From Acidobacteriota bacterium (GTDB lineage Bacteria; Acidobacteriota; Thermoanaerobaculia; Multivoradales; Multivoraceae): a stretch of DNA of 64,000 nt. Positions 11,587-21,163 of the stretch are shown here, piece after piece. A program made the position numbers and the translations under genes. Location of the stretch: positions 94,528-158,527 of the forward strand of contig JAGWAG010000001.1 in NCBI GenBank assembly GCA_021296535.1, read 5' to 3'. The notes beneath the pieces were generated by a model, which was not told the DNA's origin, made no database searches, and saw nothing but the letters and a program-made list of their open reading frames with translations. Position 1 is the stretch's first letter, and every line of letters begins with the position of its first letter.

Positions 11587-13365
11587 ATGAGCAAAAGAAT
11601 CGGCAACTTCGAAATCGTCGGCCGTCTCGAGGCCCACGCTGGAGCCGCTTCCTATCTGGCCCGCCACGCGACCGACGGCTCTTCGGCCACGATCGACATC
11701 TGGACGCCCGAGACTCCCGACGCACAGGCGCGATTCCTGGATCGCGCCACCGCCAGCGAGCGGCTCGAGCACGATGGCATCGCCCGCATCCTCGACTTCG
11801 GAATCGACGGCACCACCTCCTGCCGCATCGAAGCGTTCGCCGACGGTGAGATACTGGCGGAGAAGCTCAGGCAAACCGGCGACCTGAAGAGAGAGACCAT
11901 CCTGGCCTGGCTGGCCCAGATCGCGCGTGCCCTCGAGTACGCGCACGGCCTGGGCGTCGTTCACGGGGACCTGCACCCCGGGATGGTGACCATCCGTTCC
12001 GATGGCACCGCTCAACTGCGCGGCTTCGCCAATCCGCGCACAACCGGCGAACTGGGGTATCGCGCGCCCGAACTCATCCGCGGCGAAGCGGTCGATCTGC
12101 GGACCGACCTGTACGCCTTCGGTGTTCTGCTCCATCGCCTGGTGGCCTACCAGCCGGGCGCGAATCCGGTCCTCGCCCGCAGGCTGAAGACCAACCCTTC
12201 CCCGCCGCTGGCCGATCTGCCCGCGAACTTCCCGCGCCGCCTGATTCCCGTCCTCGAAGGTTGCCTCAGCGACGATCCCGCCGATCGCCTCACCGACTTC
12301 ACGACCGTTGTCGGCGCAATCGAGGCCGCCATCCACGACACGGCCAACGTCGCCGCGGTCGCCGAGGAAGCCTCTCCGCCGGCTGACGTTCCCGATTCCC
12401 CCGCCGCGTCTCCGAGCTGGGATTCAGCGACCGCGGCGGCAGGCCGGGACACTTCGAGCGCCGGCCCGATCGCGGACATCCCGGTGCGGAAATCGACCGG
12501 AGACGACGCCCCCCTGGTCGACGTCGAGCTCCGTGGCTACGACTCCGGCAAGGGCAACGCGACCCCGCCCAGTCTCAAGACGGTGGCGGCGGCGATCAAG
12601 CGGCCCTCGCGCTCCCGCTTCCGCCGGCGCTGGCTGACTTTCGCGACCGTAGCCGGAACCGCGCTCTGGCTCGGCGGCACCCTGTGGTGGTCCAAGGGCA
12701 GTCCGGCCGTGGCCGGGCGGAGGAGACGGTTTCCGAGCCGCCGCCGGCAGGCAACCCGGCGGCGACCGGCGAGGCCGTCTCCCCCGTCGACCTGCATTCC
12801 CCGGCAGACGCCGCGCCGTCGCCCCCTCCGGGCAGGTTCGACGCGGTGCAGCCCGCCAGCCGTGGCCGCCTCGCCCTGGCACCCGCCTGGCACCCGGAGA
12901 TCACCGTCTCGGTGGCGGGTGCGGAACCTGTCGTCCTCGACCGCCGGCGCGTCTTCGAAGTGGAAGCCGGCGTCGACCACGTGCTCACGTTCGAACTCGC
13001 AACGCGCGACTACCAGATTCGGGAGCAGGTCGTCGCCCGGGTCCCGTCGGGCCGGCTGCTGGAAACGCCCGTGCCTCAGTGTGGCCCCGGCGGAGGAGTC
13101 GGCGCGCCCCGTCTTCGTACGCATCGGGGACGAGGCGATCGGCTGGACACCGATCGCGCGCCTGCAACTGCCCGTCGGTGCCCACGTGATCAGCGTCTTC
13201 AAGAACCCCACATGGCGGCCCGAGGAGCGGATCGAGCAGCGGATCCGCGTACGGTCCAGGCAGGAAACCACCGTGCAGTTCGACCTCGAATCCGAACCGC
13301 CGGCATTGATCGTCGACGGTCGGAGGATCGAGTACGCTCCGGTCGATGCCGAGCCTGGACCGTAG
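11587..13365 (+). CDS. membrane Ser/Thr protein kinase-like protein (pseudokinase) with C-terminal PEGA-like extracellular repeats; reading frame interrupted by two compensating frameshifts (~12705 and ~13085)
   Basis: kinase fold (..GYRAPE..DLYAFGVLL..) but HGDLHPGM instead of HRDLKPxN, RGF instead of DFG, no VAIK lysine; TM helix WLTFATVAGTALWLGGTLWW; PEGA-like segments readable only by switching to frame of ORF 12684..13442 and back. Confidence 0.6.
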   Translation: MSKRIGNFEIVGRLEAHAGAASYLARHATDGSSATIDIWTPETPDAQARFLDRATASERLEHDGIARILDFGIDGTTSCRIEAFADGEILAEKLRQTGDLKRETILAWLAQIARALEYAHGLGVVHGDLHPGMVTIRSDGTAQLRGFANPRTTGELGYRAPELIRGEAVDLRTDLYAFGVLLHRLVAYQPGANPVLARRLKTNPSPPLADLPANFPRRLIPVLEGCLSDDPADRLTDFTTVVGAIEAAIHDTANVAAVAEEASPPADVPDSPAASPSWDSATAAAGRDTSSAGPIADIPVRKSTGDDAPLVDVELRGYDSGKGNATPPSLKTVAAAIKRPSRSRFRRRWLTFATVAGTALWLGGTLWWSKGSPAVAGRRRRFPSRRRQATRRRPARPSPPSTCIPRQTPRRRPLRAGSTRCSPPAVAASPWHPPGTRRSPSRWRVRNLSSSTAGASSKWKPASTTCSRSNSQRATTRFGSRSSPGSRRAGCWKRPCLSVAPAEESARPVFVRIGDEAIGWTPIARLQLPVGAHVISVFKNPTWRPEERIEQRIRVRSRQETTVQFDLESEPPALIVDGRRIEYAPVDAEPGP

Positions 13366-14323
13366 CACCGACGCCAGTGTCGAGCGGTCGCCCCTCGATG
13401 TCAGTGTGCTGGTTCCGGTGCTCAATGAGGAAGCCACCGTAGCCAGCCTGGCTGAACGCGTGCTCGCGAATCTGGATGCCATCGGCGCCCGCTCCGAGCT
13501 CGTGTTCATCGACGATGGCTCAACCGACACAACGTCGGACGAGGTGCGACGACAGCACGAGCGGGATTCGAGGGTCCGCCTGATCCGCCTGCGCCGAAAC
13601 TTCGGTAAGGCGGCCGCGCTCTCCGCGGGCGTCGATCATGCTCGCGGCGCCATTCTGGTCACGATGGACGGCGACCTCCAGGACGATCCGGACGAGATTC
13701 CCCGCCTCCTGCAAGCGCTCGAAGACGGCCCTCTCGATCTGGTCAGCGGCTGGAAGCGAACCCGCCGCGACCCGCTGCGGCGCCGTCTGGCGTCGAAGGT
13801 CTTCAACTGGGTAACGCGAACGCTCTCCAACGTCAATCTGCACGACTTCAACTCGGGCTTCAAGGCCTACCGCCGCGAGGTTCTCGAGCAGGTGGCCGTC
13901 TACGGCGAACTCCATCGCTACATTCCCGTCCTCGCCAGCCGCCGCGGCTTCGTCATCGGCGAGATTCCAGTCGCCCACCATCCGCGCCGGGTCGGCCGCA
14001 GCCGGTACGGCTGGGATCGGTCCTACAAGGGCCCGGTCGACCTGATCACCGTGCTTTTCATCAGCCGGTTCACCCGCCGGCCCCTCCACCTGTTCGGGCC
14101 GATCGGGCTGATCAGTTGTGCCCTGGGCTTCGGCATCTGCGCCTATCTGGCCGCGCTCTGGTTCGCGGGCGCCTCCCTCTCCAACCGGCCCCTGCTGCTC
14201 CTCGGCGTCCTGCTCATGGTGCTCGGCATACAGATCGTCACGACCGGCTTGATCGGCGAACTGATCACCTTCAAGAACTTCCGCAGGCACGACAGCTACT
14301 CGATAAGAGAGCGGGTCGGCTGA
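13346..14323 (+). CDS. GT2 polyprenol-phosphate glycosyltransferase (DPM1/ArnC/GtrB-like) with C-terminal TM helices
   Basis: ..VLVPVLNEEATV..FIDDGSTDTT..MDGDLQDDPDEIPRLL.. ; two C-terminal hydrophobic helices. Confidence 0.85.
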   Translation: MPSLDRSTDASVERSPLDVSVLVPVLNEEATVASLAERVLANLDAIGARSELVFIDDGSTDTTSDEVRRQHERDSRVRLIRLRRNFGKAAALSAGVDHARGAILVTMDGDLQDDPDEIPRLLQALEDGPLDLVSGWKRTRRDPLRRRLASKVFNWVTRTLSNVNLHDFNSGFKAYRREVLEQVAVYGELHRYIPVLASRRGFVIGEIPVAHHPRRVGRSRYGWDRSYKGPVDLITVLFISRFTRRPLHLFGPIGLISCALGFGICAYLAALWFAGASLSNRPLLLLGVLLMVLGIQIVTTGLIGELITFKNFRRHDSYSIRERVG

Positions 14324-14341
14324 CACCGGTCCGGAGGCGAC

Positions 14342-15664
14342 TTGCCTGAACGGATCCTGACCTCGGCGGCGGAACGGGGCGGGCGAACCGGCTCCCCCGC
14401 CGCGGGTCTGCGGCTCCTCTTTCTCACCCAGACCTACCCGCGCTGGCCGGGCGATACGGCTGGACCGTTCATTCGCGAACTGGCCCGGGGCCTGGTCCGC
14501 GGCGGCGACCGCGTCACCGTGCTGACGCCGCGCGCGGAGGGCGTACGCCCCTCCTGGCTCGACGACGGCGTCGACGTCCACACGTTCGCCTACGCGCCAC
14601 GACGCCTCGAGGTGCTCGGTTACGGGCGCAGTCTGGCCTCCGATGAGCGCATCCGGTTTGGAGCGGGTCTGGCGGCACCCCTCTACCTGCGCGCCGCAGC
14701 CGCCGCGGTCGGCCGCCATCTCGCGCGCGACCCCTACGACCTGCTGCACGCACACTGGCTCGCCCCGAACGGACTCGTCGCGCTGTGGCCGGGCGTCCGC
14801 AAGCGCAACGCCGTGATCGCCGCGGGGCTGCACGGTAGCGATGTCTTCATCGCGGAGAAGGCAGCGGCCCGTCCCGCGATCCGGCGCGCCCTGAAGCGCT
14901 GCGAACTCCTGACCGGCTGCTCGCCGGAACTTGTCGAGCGAGTCGTCAAACTGGGCTACCGCGGCAAGCCCTGCCGGGTCATTCCCTATGGCGTCGATGT
15001 CGACCTCTTCTGCCCAGCTGACGAGGCCGCGCACCAGTCGAGCGCCACTGGGTGGCGGGAGCGGCTCGGCATCCCCGACGACGCCACGATGCTGCTCGGC
15101 GTCGGGCGGCTGGCCACGAAGAAGGGATTCCACGTCCTGGTCGACGTGCTACCGCGCCTCCTGGCCGAGTTCGACGACCTGCACGCCGTGATCGCCGGCG
15201 GCGGCGACCAGATGCCAGAACTCCTGGCCGCCGTCGCGGAGTGGTCGCCGGAGCACGTCGCCCGAATCCACCTTCCCGGTCTCGTCGCCCACGACGATCT
15301 GCCCGACCTCTACCGCAGTGCCGACCTCTTCGTCCTGCCCGCGGTCCACGACCCGCAGGGCAACGTCGACGGTCTCCCCAACGTGATCCTCGAAGCGCTG
15401 GCGAGCGGTCTGCCCGTGGTTTCAACCGCAATCTCGGGGATCCCACTGGCTGTCGAATCCGGGGTCGAGGGAGTCCTTGTACCCGAGCAGGATCGCCCCG
15501 CTCTCGAAGGCGCGATCGCCAGCCTGCTGCGGTCTCCCGACCGCCGCGCCCGGATGGGCGCCCGGGCCCGCGCCAGGGCCGTCTCCCAACTGACCTGGGA
15601 CCAGGTCGCCGCCGCGTACCGCGACGCCTACCTGGAGGCCCTGTCCGAACGCCAACGACAGTGA
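14342..15664 (+). CDS. glycosyltransferase family 4
   Basis: GT-B fold, ..LPAVHDPQGNVDGLPNVILEALASGLPVVSTAISG.. EX7E-type motif; TTG start. Confidence 0.8.
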   Translation: MPERILTSAAERGGRTGSPAAGLRLLFLTQTYPRWPGDTAGPFIRELARGLVRGGDRVTVLTPRAEGVRPSWLDDGVDVHTFAYAPRRLEVLGYGRSLASDERIRFGAGLAAPLYLRAAAAAVGRHLARDPYDLLHAHWLAPNGLVALWPGVRKRNAVIAAGLHGSDVFIAEKAAARPAIRRALKRCELLTGCSPELVERVVKLGYRGKPCRVIPYGVDVDLFCPADEAAHQSSATGWRERLGIPDDATMLLGVGRLATKKGFHVLVDVLPRLLAEFDDLHAVIAGGGDQMPELLAAVAEWSPEHVARIHLPGLVAHDDLPDLYRSADLFVLPAVHDPQGNVDGLPNVILEALASGLPVVSTAISGIPLAVESGVEGVLVPEQDRPALEGAIASLLRSPDRRARMGARARARAVSQLTWDQVAAAYRDAYLEALSERQRQ

Positions 15665-16401
15665 AGAGCGTGCGCCAGGAGGCAGCGTTCGGCTCACGCA
15701 GCCGAAGGGTCTGGTGGGGCGTCCTGGTCGCCGCGATGACCCTGCCCACCCTGGCCTCGCTCGCCTACTTCGTCTGGCTCGAAGGCACCTCCTGGGTCGC
15801 CCCTGCCTACCTCGGCGCCAAGGTGCTCCAGTTCGCCGGGCCAGTAGCGGGCCTTGCGGTGCTGCTGGCGGCTGCGACGGGCCCTGCGCGGCCAGGTCGT
15901 TCCGTGGCCCTCGGTCTGGGTACGGGGATGGCCGGGGCAGCGTTCACCTGGCTCAGCTACGTCGTGCTGTTTCGCGGAGGCGAGATGGCGGCCACCGCGG
16001 CCGAGGCAATCACGGTCAAGCTGGCCGACTTCCACCTTGACACCCTCTGGCGCTACGTTCTTGCCGCGCTCCTGATCAGCTTCCTCCACTCCTGGCTCGA
16101 GGAGGTCTACTGGCGCGCGTTCGTCTACCGCTGGCTCCACCGCCTGATGCACTCGGAGTGGTCCCTGGTCGTAGCCGCACTCGGCTTCGCAGCTCACCAT
16201 GTCGTGGTGATCGCGGTCTATCTCGGCGACGCATCCGTCTTCGTCCTGGTGCTCATGTCCCTACCTGTCGCCCTGGGCGGAGTTCTCTGGTGCCTTCTCT
16301 ACCGCACCACGGGAAACCGCCTGCTGGCCCCCTGGGTCAGCCACATATGCCTCGACCTCGCCATCATGGCAGTGGGCTACGACCTGATCTTCGTCGACTG
16401 A
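15661..16401 (+). CDS. CPBP-family intramembrane metalloprotease (CAAX protease/Abi)
   Basis: ..SWLEEVYWRAFV.. (EExxxR), ..FAAHH.. and ..HICLD.. motifs; GTG start overlapping GT4 stop; N-terminal part of ORF 15052..16401 is off-frame junk. Confidence 0.7.
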   Translation: MKSVRQEAAFGSRSRRVWWGVLVAAMTLPTLASLAYFVWLEGTSWVAPAYLGAKVLQFAGPVAGLAVLLAAATGPARPGRSVALGLGTGMAGAAFTWLSYVVLFRGGEMAATAAEAITVKLADFHLDTLWRYVLAALLISFLHSWLEEVYWRAFVYRWLHRLMHSEWSLVVAALGFAAHHVVVIAVYLGDASVFVLVLMSLPVALGGVLWCLLYRTTGNRLLAPWVSHICLDLAIMAVGYDLIFVD

Positions 16402-17441
16402 CCGCGCGCCGTCGGCAAACCCTGCTCCCGTAGCCAGTCGTCGTTGTAGATCGTGCTCAGGTAGCGGGTGCCCGAATCCGGAAAGAGGGTCACGACGCGG
16501 GCGCCGGGCTGCAGTTCGGGGAGCATCTCGCGTACGCCCCAGAGCGCGGCACCGCTCGATCCGCCCACGAGCATCGCCTCGTCGCGAGCGAGCTCCCGGG
16601 CGGCCAGGAACGCCTCCGCGTCGCTGACCTGCAGCATCCGGTCGAAGACGTCGAATTCCGGGCAGTCGATGATCTCTTCGTCACCCAGTCCTTCGAGCAG
16701 ATAACGGCGAGGAGGCGCGGAGTCGTCCTCGGCCCCCGCCAGGGCCGCGAAATGGCGACTGAACACCGAGCCTTCGACATCGACCGCGATCACCCGAATC
16801 TTCGGATTCTGTTCCTTCAGATAGCGGCCCACACCGGAGACGGTGCCGCCGGTGCCAATGCCACCGACGAAGACGTCGATCCGCCCGTCCATCTGGCGCC
16901 AGATCTCCGGGGCGGTCGTCTCGTAGTGGCAGCGATTGTTGTCGCGGTTGTTGTGCTGATCGGGGAAGAAGGCCTCCGGATGCGCGGCGGCCAGGCTCTG
17001 CGCCTTCCGGTTGTACGACTCCGGGTGCTCAGGGGGCAGATCGCCATCCACGAGGATCAACTCGACACCCAACGCGCGCAGGCAGTCCAGCTTCTCGCGG
17101 CTGGTCTGGCGGCGGACGACCGCGCGGCAGCGCAGCCCGCGGTTCGTGGCCATCATCGCCAGTCCCATCGCCGTGTTGCCGGACGAAGCCTCGATCACGA
17201 CGCCTCCCGGCCAGAGCTCTCCCGAGGCGAGCGCCCGGTCCACCAGATACCGCGCCACGCGGTCCTTCACGCTGCCCATCGGGTTCAGGTACTCGAGCTT
17301 CGCGAACACCTCGACTTCCTTCCCGCCCGCACCCAGCGAGCGGCGGAGACGCACCAACGGAGTTCCGCCGATCGCCTCGCTCACGTCCTCGCAGGTCTTC
17401 GCGCAGAGCGCCGCGGAAGCGGGGACGCCCGTGGCCTTCAA
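16377..17441 (-). CDS. cysteine synthase / cystathionine beta-synthase family PLP enzyme
   Basis: ..GGTPLVRL..EYLNPMGSVKDRVA..SSGNTAMGLAM..GIGTGGTVSG.. CysK/CysM motifs. Confidence 0.8.
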   Translation of the reverse strand: MKATGVPASAALCAKTCEDVSEAIGGTPLVRLRRSLGAGGKEVEVFAKLEYLNPMGSVKDRVARYLVDRALASGELWPGGVVIEASSGNTAMGLAMMATNRGLRCRAVVRRQTSREKLDCLRALGVELILVDGDLPPEHPESYNRKAQSLAAAHPEAFFPDQHNNRDNNRCHYETTAPEIWRQMDGRIDVFVGGIGTGGTVSGVGRYLKEQNPKIRVIAVDVEGSVFSRHFAALAGAEDDSAPPRRYLLEGLGDEEIIDCPEFDVFDRMLQVSDAEAFLAARELARDEAMLVGGSSGAALWGVREMLPELQPGARVVTLFPDSGTRYLSTIYNDDWLREQGLPTARGQSTKIRS

Positions 17442-18109
17442 GGCGCCTCCAGCAGACGATCACGGACGAGCTGCATGTCTTCCCAGGTGGCTCGCTTGTG
17501 GGACGGATCCCGGAGCAGGAAGGCCGGGTGGTAGGTGACCCGAACCGGCACTCCCGCCACGTCGTGCCAGCGACCGCGAAGACGGCCCACGGAGTCTCTC
17601 GTCTGCAACAGTTGCTGGGCCGCAACCCCGCCGAGGGCGACGATCACCCGGGGGGCGATGAGTTCGACCTGCCGGTCGAGGAACGAACGGCAGGCGGCGG
17701 CCTCGTCGGGCTGCGGATTGCGGTTGTTCGGCGGCCGGCACTTGACCACGTTCGTGATGTAGACGTCCTCGCGCCGCAGGTCGATGGCCTGGATGATCCG
17801 GTTCAGGAGCCGGCCGGCGGGCCCCACGAAGGGCAGGCCCTGCCGATCCTCGTTGTAGCCGGGGCCCTCGCCGACGAACATCAGGTCCGCGTCGCCGTCG
17901 CCGGCCCCGAACACGACCGTGTTGCGCTGTTCGCAGAGCCGGCACGCGGTACAGCCCTGAGCCTCGTCCGCAACCGCCTGCAAGCGTTCCAGGCGGCCTG
18001 CCCCACCCTCCGGCGCGGCCTGCGCCGGCCCTGGCGGATAGGCGTCCTCGAAGCCGAGTTCCCGCAGGAGACGTAACTCCTGGCCCACCGAGAGTTGAAG
18101 TCGCGTCAC
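17438..18109 (-). CDS. uracil-DNA glycosylase family 4
   Basis: ..GCTACRLCEQRNTVVFGAGDGDADLMFVGEGPG..FVGPAGRLL..YITNVVKCRPP.. ; start uncertain (no ATG; GTG near 18109); upstream part of ORF 17438..18478 is junk. Confidence 0.75.
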   Translation of the reverse strand: MTRLQLSVGQELRLLRELGFEDAYPPGPAQAAPEGGAGRLERLQAVADEAQGCTACRLCEQRNTVVFGAGDGDADLMFVGEGPGYNEDRQGLPFVGPAGRLLNRIIQAIDLRREDVYITNVVKCRPPNNRNPQPDEAAACRSFLDRQVELIAPRVIVALGGVAAQQLLQTRDSVGRLRGRWHDVAGVPVRVTYHPAFLLRDPSHKRATWEDMQLVRDRLLEAP

Positions 18110-18116
18110 GAGCCCC

Positions 18117-19432
18117 TCAGCTCGAAACGGTCCCGCCGCCGGCGAACAACTCCAGCAAGCGGCCGGCCAACTCGTCCTTCGACTGCTTCGGGAAGCGAAC
18201 GGGGCCGCCGCCCCGACCGAAGACGACCACCTCGTTGTCCGTCGCCTCGAAGCCGATGTCGGGCCGCGACACGTCATTCGCGACGATCCAGTCCGCCTGC
18301 TTCGCTTCCAGCTTGCCTCGCGCCGAATCCTCGAGGTCTTCCGTCTCGGCCGCGAAACCGACGCGCATCGCCTCGGGCGCCAACGCCGCCAGACCCGCGA
18401 GGAGATCGGGGTTCTGCGCCAATTCGAGCACCATGCCGTCGGCGCCGGACTTCTTGAGCTTCTGGTCGGCGCGCTCACGCGGCCGGTAGTCGGCCACCGC
18501 GGCCGCCATCACGACCAGGTCGGCTGCCGGCGCCGCTTCTTCGAGGGCCGCCTGCATTTCGCTCGCCGCGACGACATCGATCCGCCGCACGCCCTCCGGA
18601 GTCTCCTGATTCACGGGGCCGGCGACGAGGGTGACTTCCGCGCCGCGAAGGGCCGCCTGCCGCGCCAGAGCGAAGCCCATCCGCCCACTCGACCGATTGC
18701 CGAGGAAACGAACCGGGTCGATCGCCTCGTAGGTCGGTCCGGCCGTGACGACGACTCGCCAGCCGGCCAGTGGCCCCACCGGCGAGGCGGCCGCGCCCTC
18801 CGGCAGCACACGGCCTCCACGATCGTCTCCGGTTCCACCATGCGGCCCAATCCCCGCTCGCCCGAAGCCAGCGCGCCCTCGACCGGCCCCACCATCTCCA
18901 CGCCGCGGGCGCACAGCGCCTCGACCTGGGCCTCGACCTGGGGCTTGCGCCACATCGCGTCGTGCATCGCAGGCGCCACGACCACCGGTCCCTCGAACAT
19001 CAGGGCAGTCGTACTCAGGAAGTCGTCCGCGAGTCCGAGAGACAGGCGGGCCAGGGTGTTGGCCGTTGCCGGCGCCACGCAGAGCAGATCGGCCCACTGC
19101 GCCGCCTCGACATGGAGTTCAGCGCCGTCCACCCCGCCGTCGCGGGAGAGGTAGCTCTGGCCATAGACGCGTTCGCCACTCAACACCTCGAGCGTGAGCG
19201 GCGACACGAAGCTCTCGGCCGCCAGGGTCGGCGCGCAGCGCACGGCGATTCCACGCTCCCGGAGCCGGCGGACCAGGTAAGCGCCCTTGTAGGCGGCAAT
19301 CCCGCCGCTTATGCCGAGAAGAACTCGGGCAGCCCGTGCAAGCGCGTCGGGCACACTCGTGGCGGCTCTAGTGGACTGTGCCGCGCGGCCCGAAGGCATC
19401 GTCGCCGGACTGCGAGCCGCCGTCCTCTCCAC
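18117..19432 (-). pseudogene. coaBC: bifunctional phosphopantothenoylcysteine decarboxylase / phosphopantothenate-cysteine ligase CoaBC, interrupted by a single frameshift near 18800 (possibly an assembly indel)
   Basis: CoaC part in ORF 18611..19432 (..LLGISGGIAAYKGAYLVRRL..), CoaB part in ORF 18117..19097 (..VVVTAGPTYEAIDPVRFLGNRSSGRMGFALA..), different frames. Confidence 0.8.
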
Positions 19433-19634
19433 TCGCCGCCGCGGAAGACTCGGGTGCCTCGCCGAAGTCCCACTCGATCAGATCGCGCTGCATCTCGCTC
19501 ATCGCGTGGCGGGCGAACTTCGGGCTCTCCCGGGGCATGCGCTCCTGGGCGCCGCGAATCAACTGCTCGGCGCGACGCGCGGCCAGGAGGACGAAACGGA
19601 ACTTGCTGTCTACTTTCTCAGGAAAACGGCCCAT
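19368..19634 (-). CDS. rpoZ: DNA-directed RNA polymerase subunit omega
   Basis: MGRFPEKVDSKFRFVLLAARRAEQL.. matches RpoZ core; gmk-rpoZ synteny; start MHM/M at 19640/19634. Confidence 0.75.
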   Translation of the reverse strand: MGRFPEKVDSKFRFVLLAARRAEQLIRGAQERMPRESPKFARHAMSEMQRDLIEWDFGEAPESSAAASGEDGGSQSGDDAFGPRGTVH

Positions 19635-20280
19635 GTGCATGAAAGTCCGCGAGAACGCTGAGTACGCGCTCCCGCATCCGCTCCCTCCGCTGTCGTTTCT
19701 CGAGAATGATGGCAGCCAGGGTGTTGCTGGCTGCCTCGGCGCGGTCGTTGACAATAACATAGTCGTACTCCCGGACGCGGCCCAGTTCGCCCAACGCTCC
19801 CTGCAACCTCTGCCGGATCGCCGGCGCCTCGTCCAGGTCGCGCCCCCGGAGGCGCTCCACGAGCGCCCTTGGGCTCGGCGGCATGACGAAGATGCTGTGC
19901 ACGGCGGTGTCCAACTGGCCGGCCGCGCCCCCGGCTGCCATCACCTGAGCCGCGCCCTGGACATCGATGTCCAGGAGCACGTCCGTGCCACTCTCGATAC
20001 GCGGCAGCACTTCGTCGACCGAGGTCCCGTAACTGTTCCCGTGGACCTCCGCCCACTCCAGGAACCGGTTCGTCGCCACCATGGAAGCGAACGCGTCCCT
20101 GGCGACGAAGTGGTAGTCCACCCCGTCCTTCTCGTTCTCGCGCGGGCGACGGGTCGTGTGGCTGATCGAGAACTCGACCCCGTCCACCAGTTCCATCGCC
20201 CGATGCACGAGCGTCGTCTTCCCGGCGCCTGACGGCGCCGAGAGTATGAACAACTCCCCTCTCGCCGTGCCCGCCGTCAT
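19618..20280 (-). CDS. gmk: guanylate kinase
   Basis: ..LFILSAPSGAGKTTLV.. P-loop, ..SISHTTRRPRENEKDGVDYHFV.. ; start likely MTAGTARGEL (20280, ATGA overlap with yicC stop) or 20316. Confidence 0.9.
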   Translation of the reverse strand: MTAGTARGELFILSAPSGAGKTTLVHRAMELVDGVEFSISHTTRRPRENEKDGVDYHFVARDAFASMVATNRFLEWAEVHGNSYGTSVDEVLPRIESGTDVLLDIDVQGAAQVMAAGGAAGQLDTAVHSIFVMPPSPRALVERLRGRDLDEAPAIRQRLQGALGELGRVREYDYVIVNDRAEAASNTLAAIILEKRQRRERMRERVLSVLADFHAHGPFS

Positions 20281-21158
20281 TCGATGTTCTGCACCTGTTC
20301 GCGTAGCTGATCGCACGCCACCTTACCCTCGACGACCGCGCGCTGCATCGCCAGATCGCGGCATTTCGAGCCGATCGTATTCAGTTCGCGCTGGATCTCC
20401 TGAGTCAGGAAATCGAGACGCTTCCCGATCGCACCCTCCTCGGCCATCGCCGCCTCGAAGCCCTCCAGATGGCCGCTCAGCCGTTCCAGCTCCTCGGCCG
20501 TGTCGCTGCGTTCGATCAACAGGGCGACCTCCTGAACCACGCGCGCCGGGTCAAGTTTGGCGGCCGCACCGTCCTGCCTCGCGAGCAGGTCGCGCACTCG
20601 CCCTTCCAACTCGTCGAGGGCCTGATCGACGACTTCCTCACGGCGCCCGGCAAGTGCCTCCACGCTGCCTCGCAGCTCCCTGAGATGCCCGCGAAGTGCC
20701 TTCTCCAGAACCCGTCCCTCGCGTACCCGCTCGGCCACGAGCGCCGCCACCGCGCGCCGGCAGACCCGTTCCGCGAGCGCCCTGTCACCGGCCCCCATCG
20801 CCGACGACCCGGCTTCCGCCCCCGACACCCGAGCGGCCGACATCAACTCGCCCGCGCTCAGTTCCGACGACACGAGGCCCAACCGCCGCCAGCGCCGCGC
20901 GGCTCGCTGCAGAGCGTCGGCCGTCTCGTCACATACCTCCACGCTCCCCGCGGCAACACGAGTCTCGACCTCGACGCCGAGTTCGACGCGGCCGCGCCGG
21001 ACCTCCTCCGCCACCACCGCTCGCAACAACGGTTCCAGGCCCCGATGGGGCGCCCGCAAACGCACCGCGATATCGAGGTAGCGGTGATTGACGGAGCGCG
21101 CGGTCACCGTCACCCGACAGGCCCCGCCCTGCTCAGCCGCCTCACCGATTCCGGTCAT
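20277..21158 (-). CDS. yicC: YicC-family stress-induced protein (endoribonuclease YicC-like)
   Basis: MTGIGEA..VTARSVNHRYLDIAVRL.. ; C-terminal ..LTQEIQRELNTIGSK.. ; upstream 93 codons of ORF are junk. Confidence 0.8.
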   Translation of the reverse strand: MTGIGEAAEQGGACRVTVTARSVNHRYLDIAVRLRAPHRGLEPLLRAVVAEEVRRGRVELGVEVETRVAAGSVEVCDETADALQRAARRWRRLGLVSSELSAGELMSAARVSGAEAGSSAMGAGDRALAERVCRRAVAALVAERVREGRVLEKALRGHLRELRGSVEALAGRREEVVDQALDELEGRVRDLLARQDGAAAKLDPARVVQEVALLIERSDTAEELERLSGHLEGFEAAMAEEGAIGKRLDFLTQEIQRELNTIGSKCRDLAMQRAVVEGKVACDQLREQVQNIE

Positions 21159-21163
21159 GCTTC

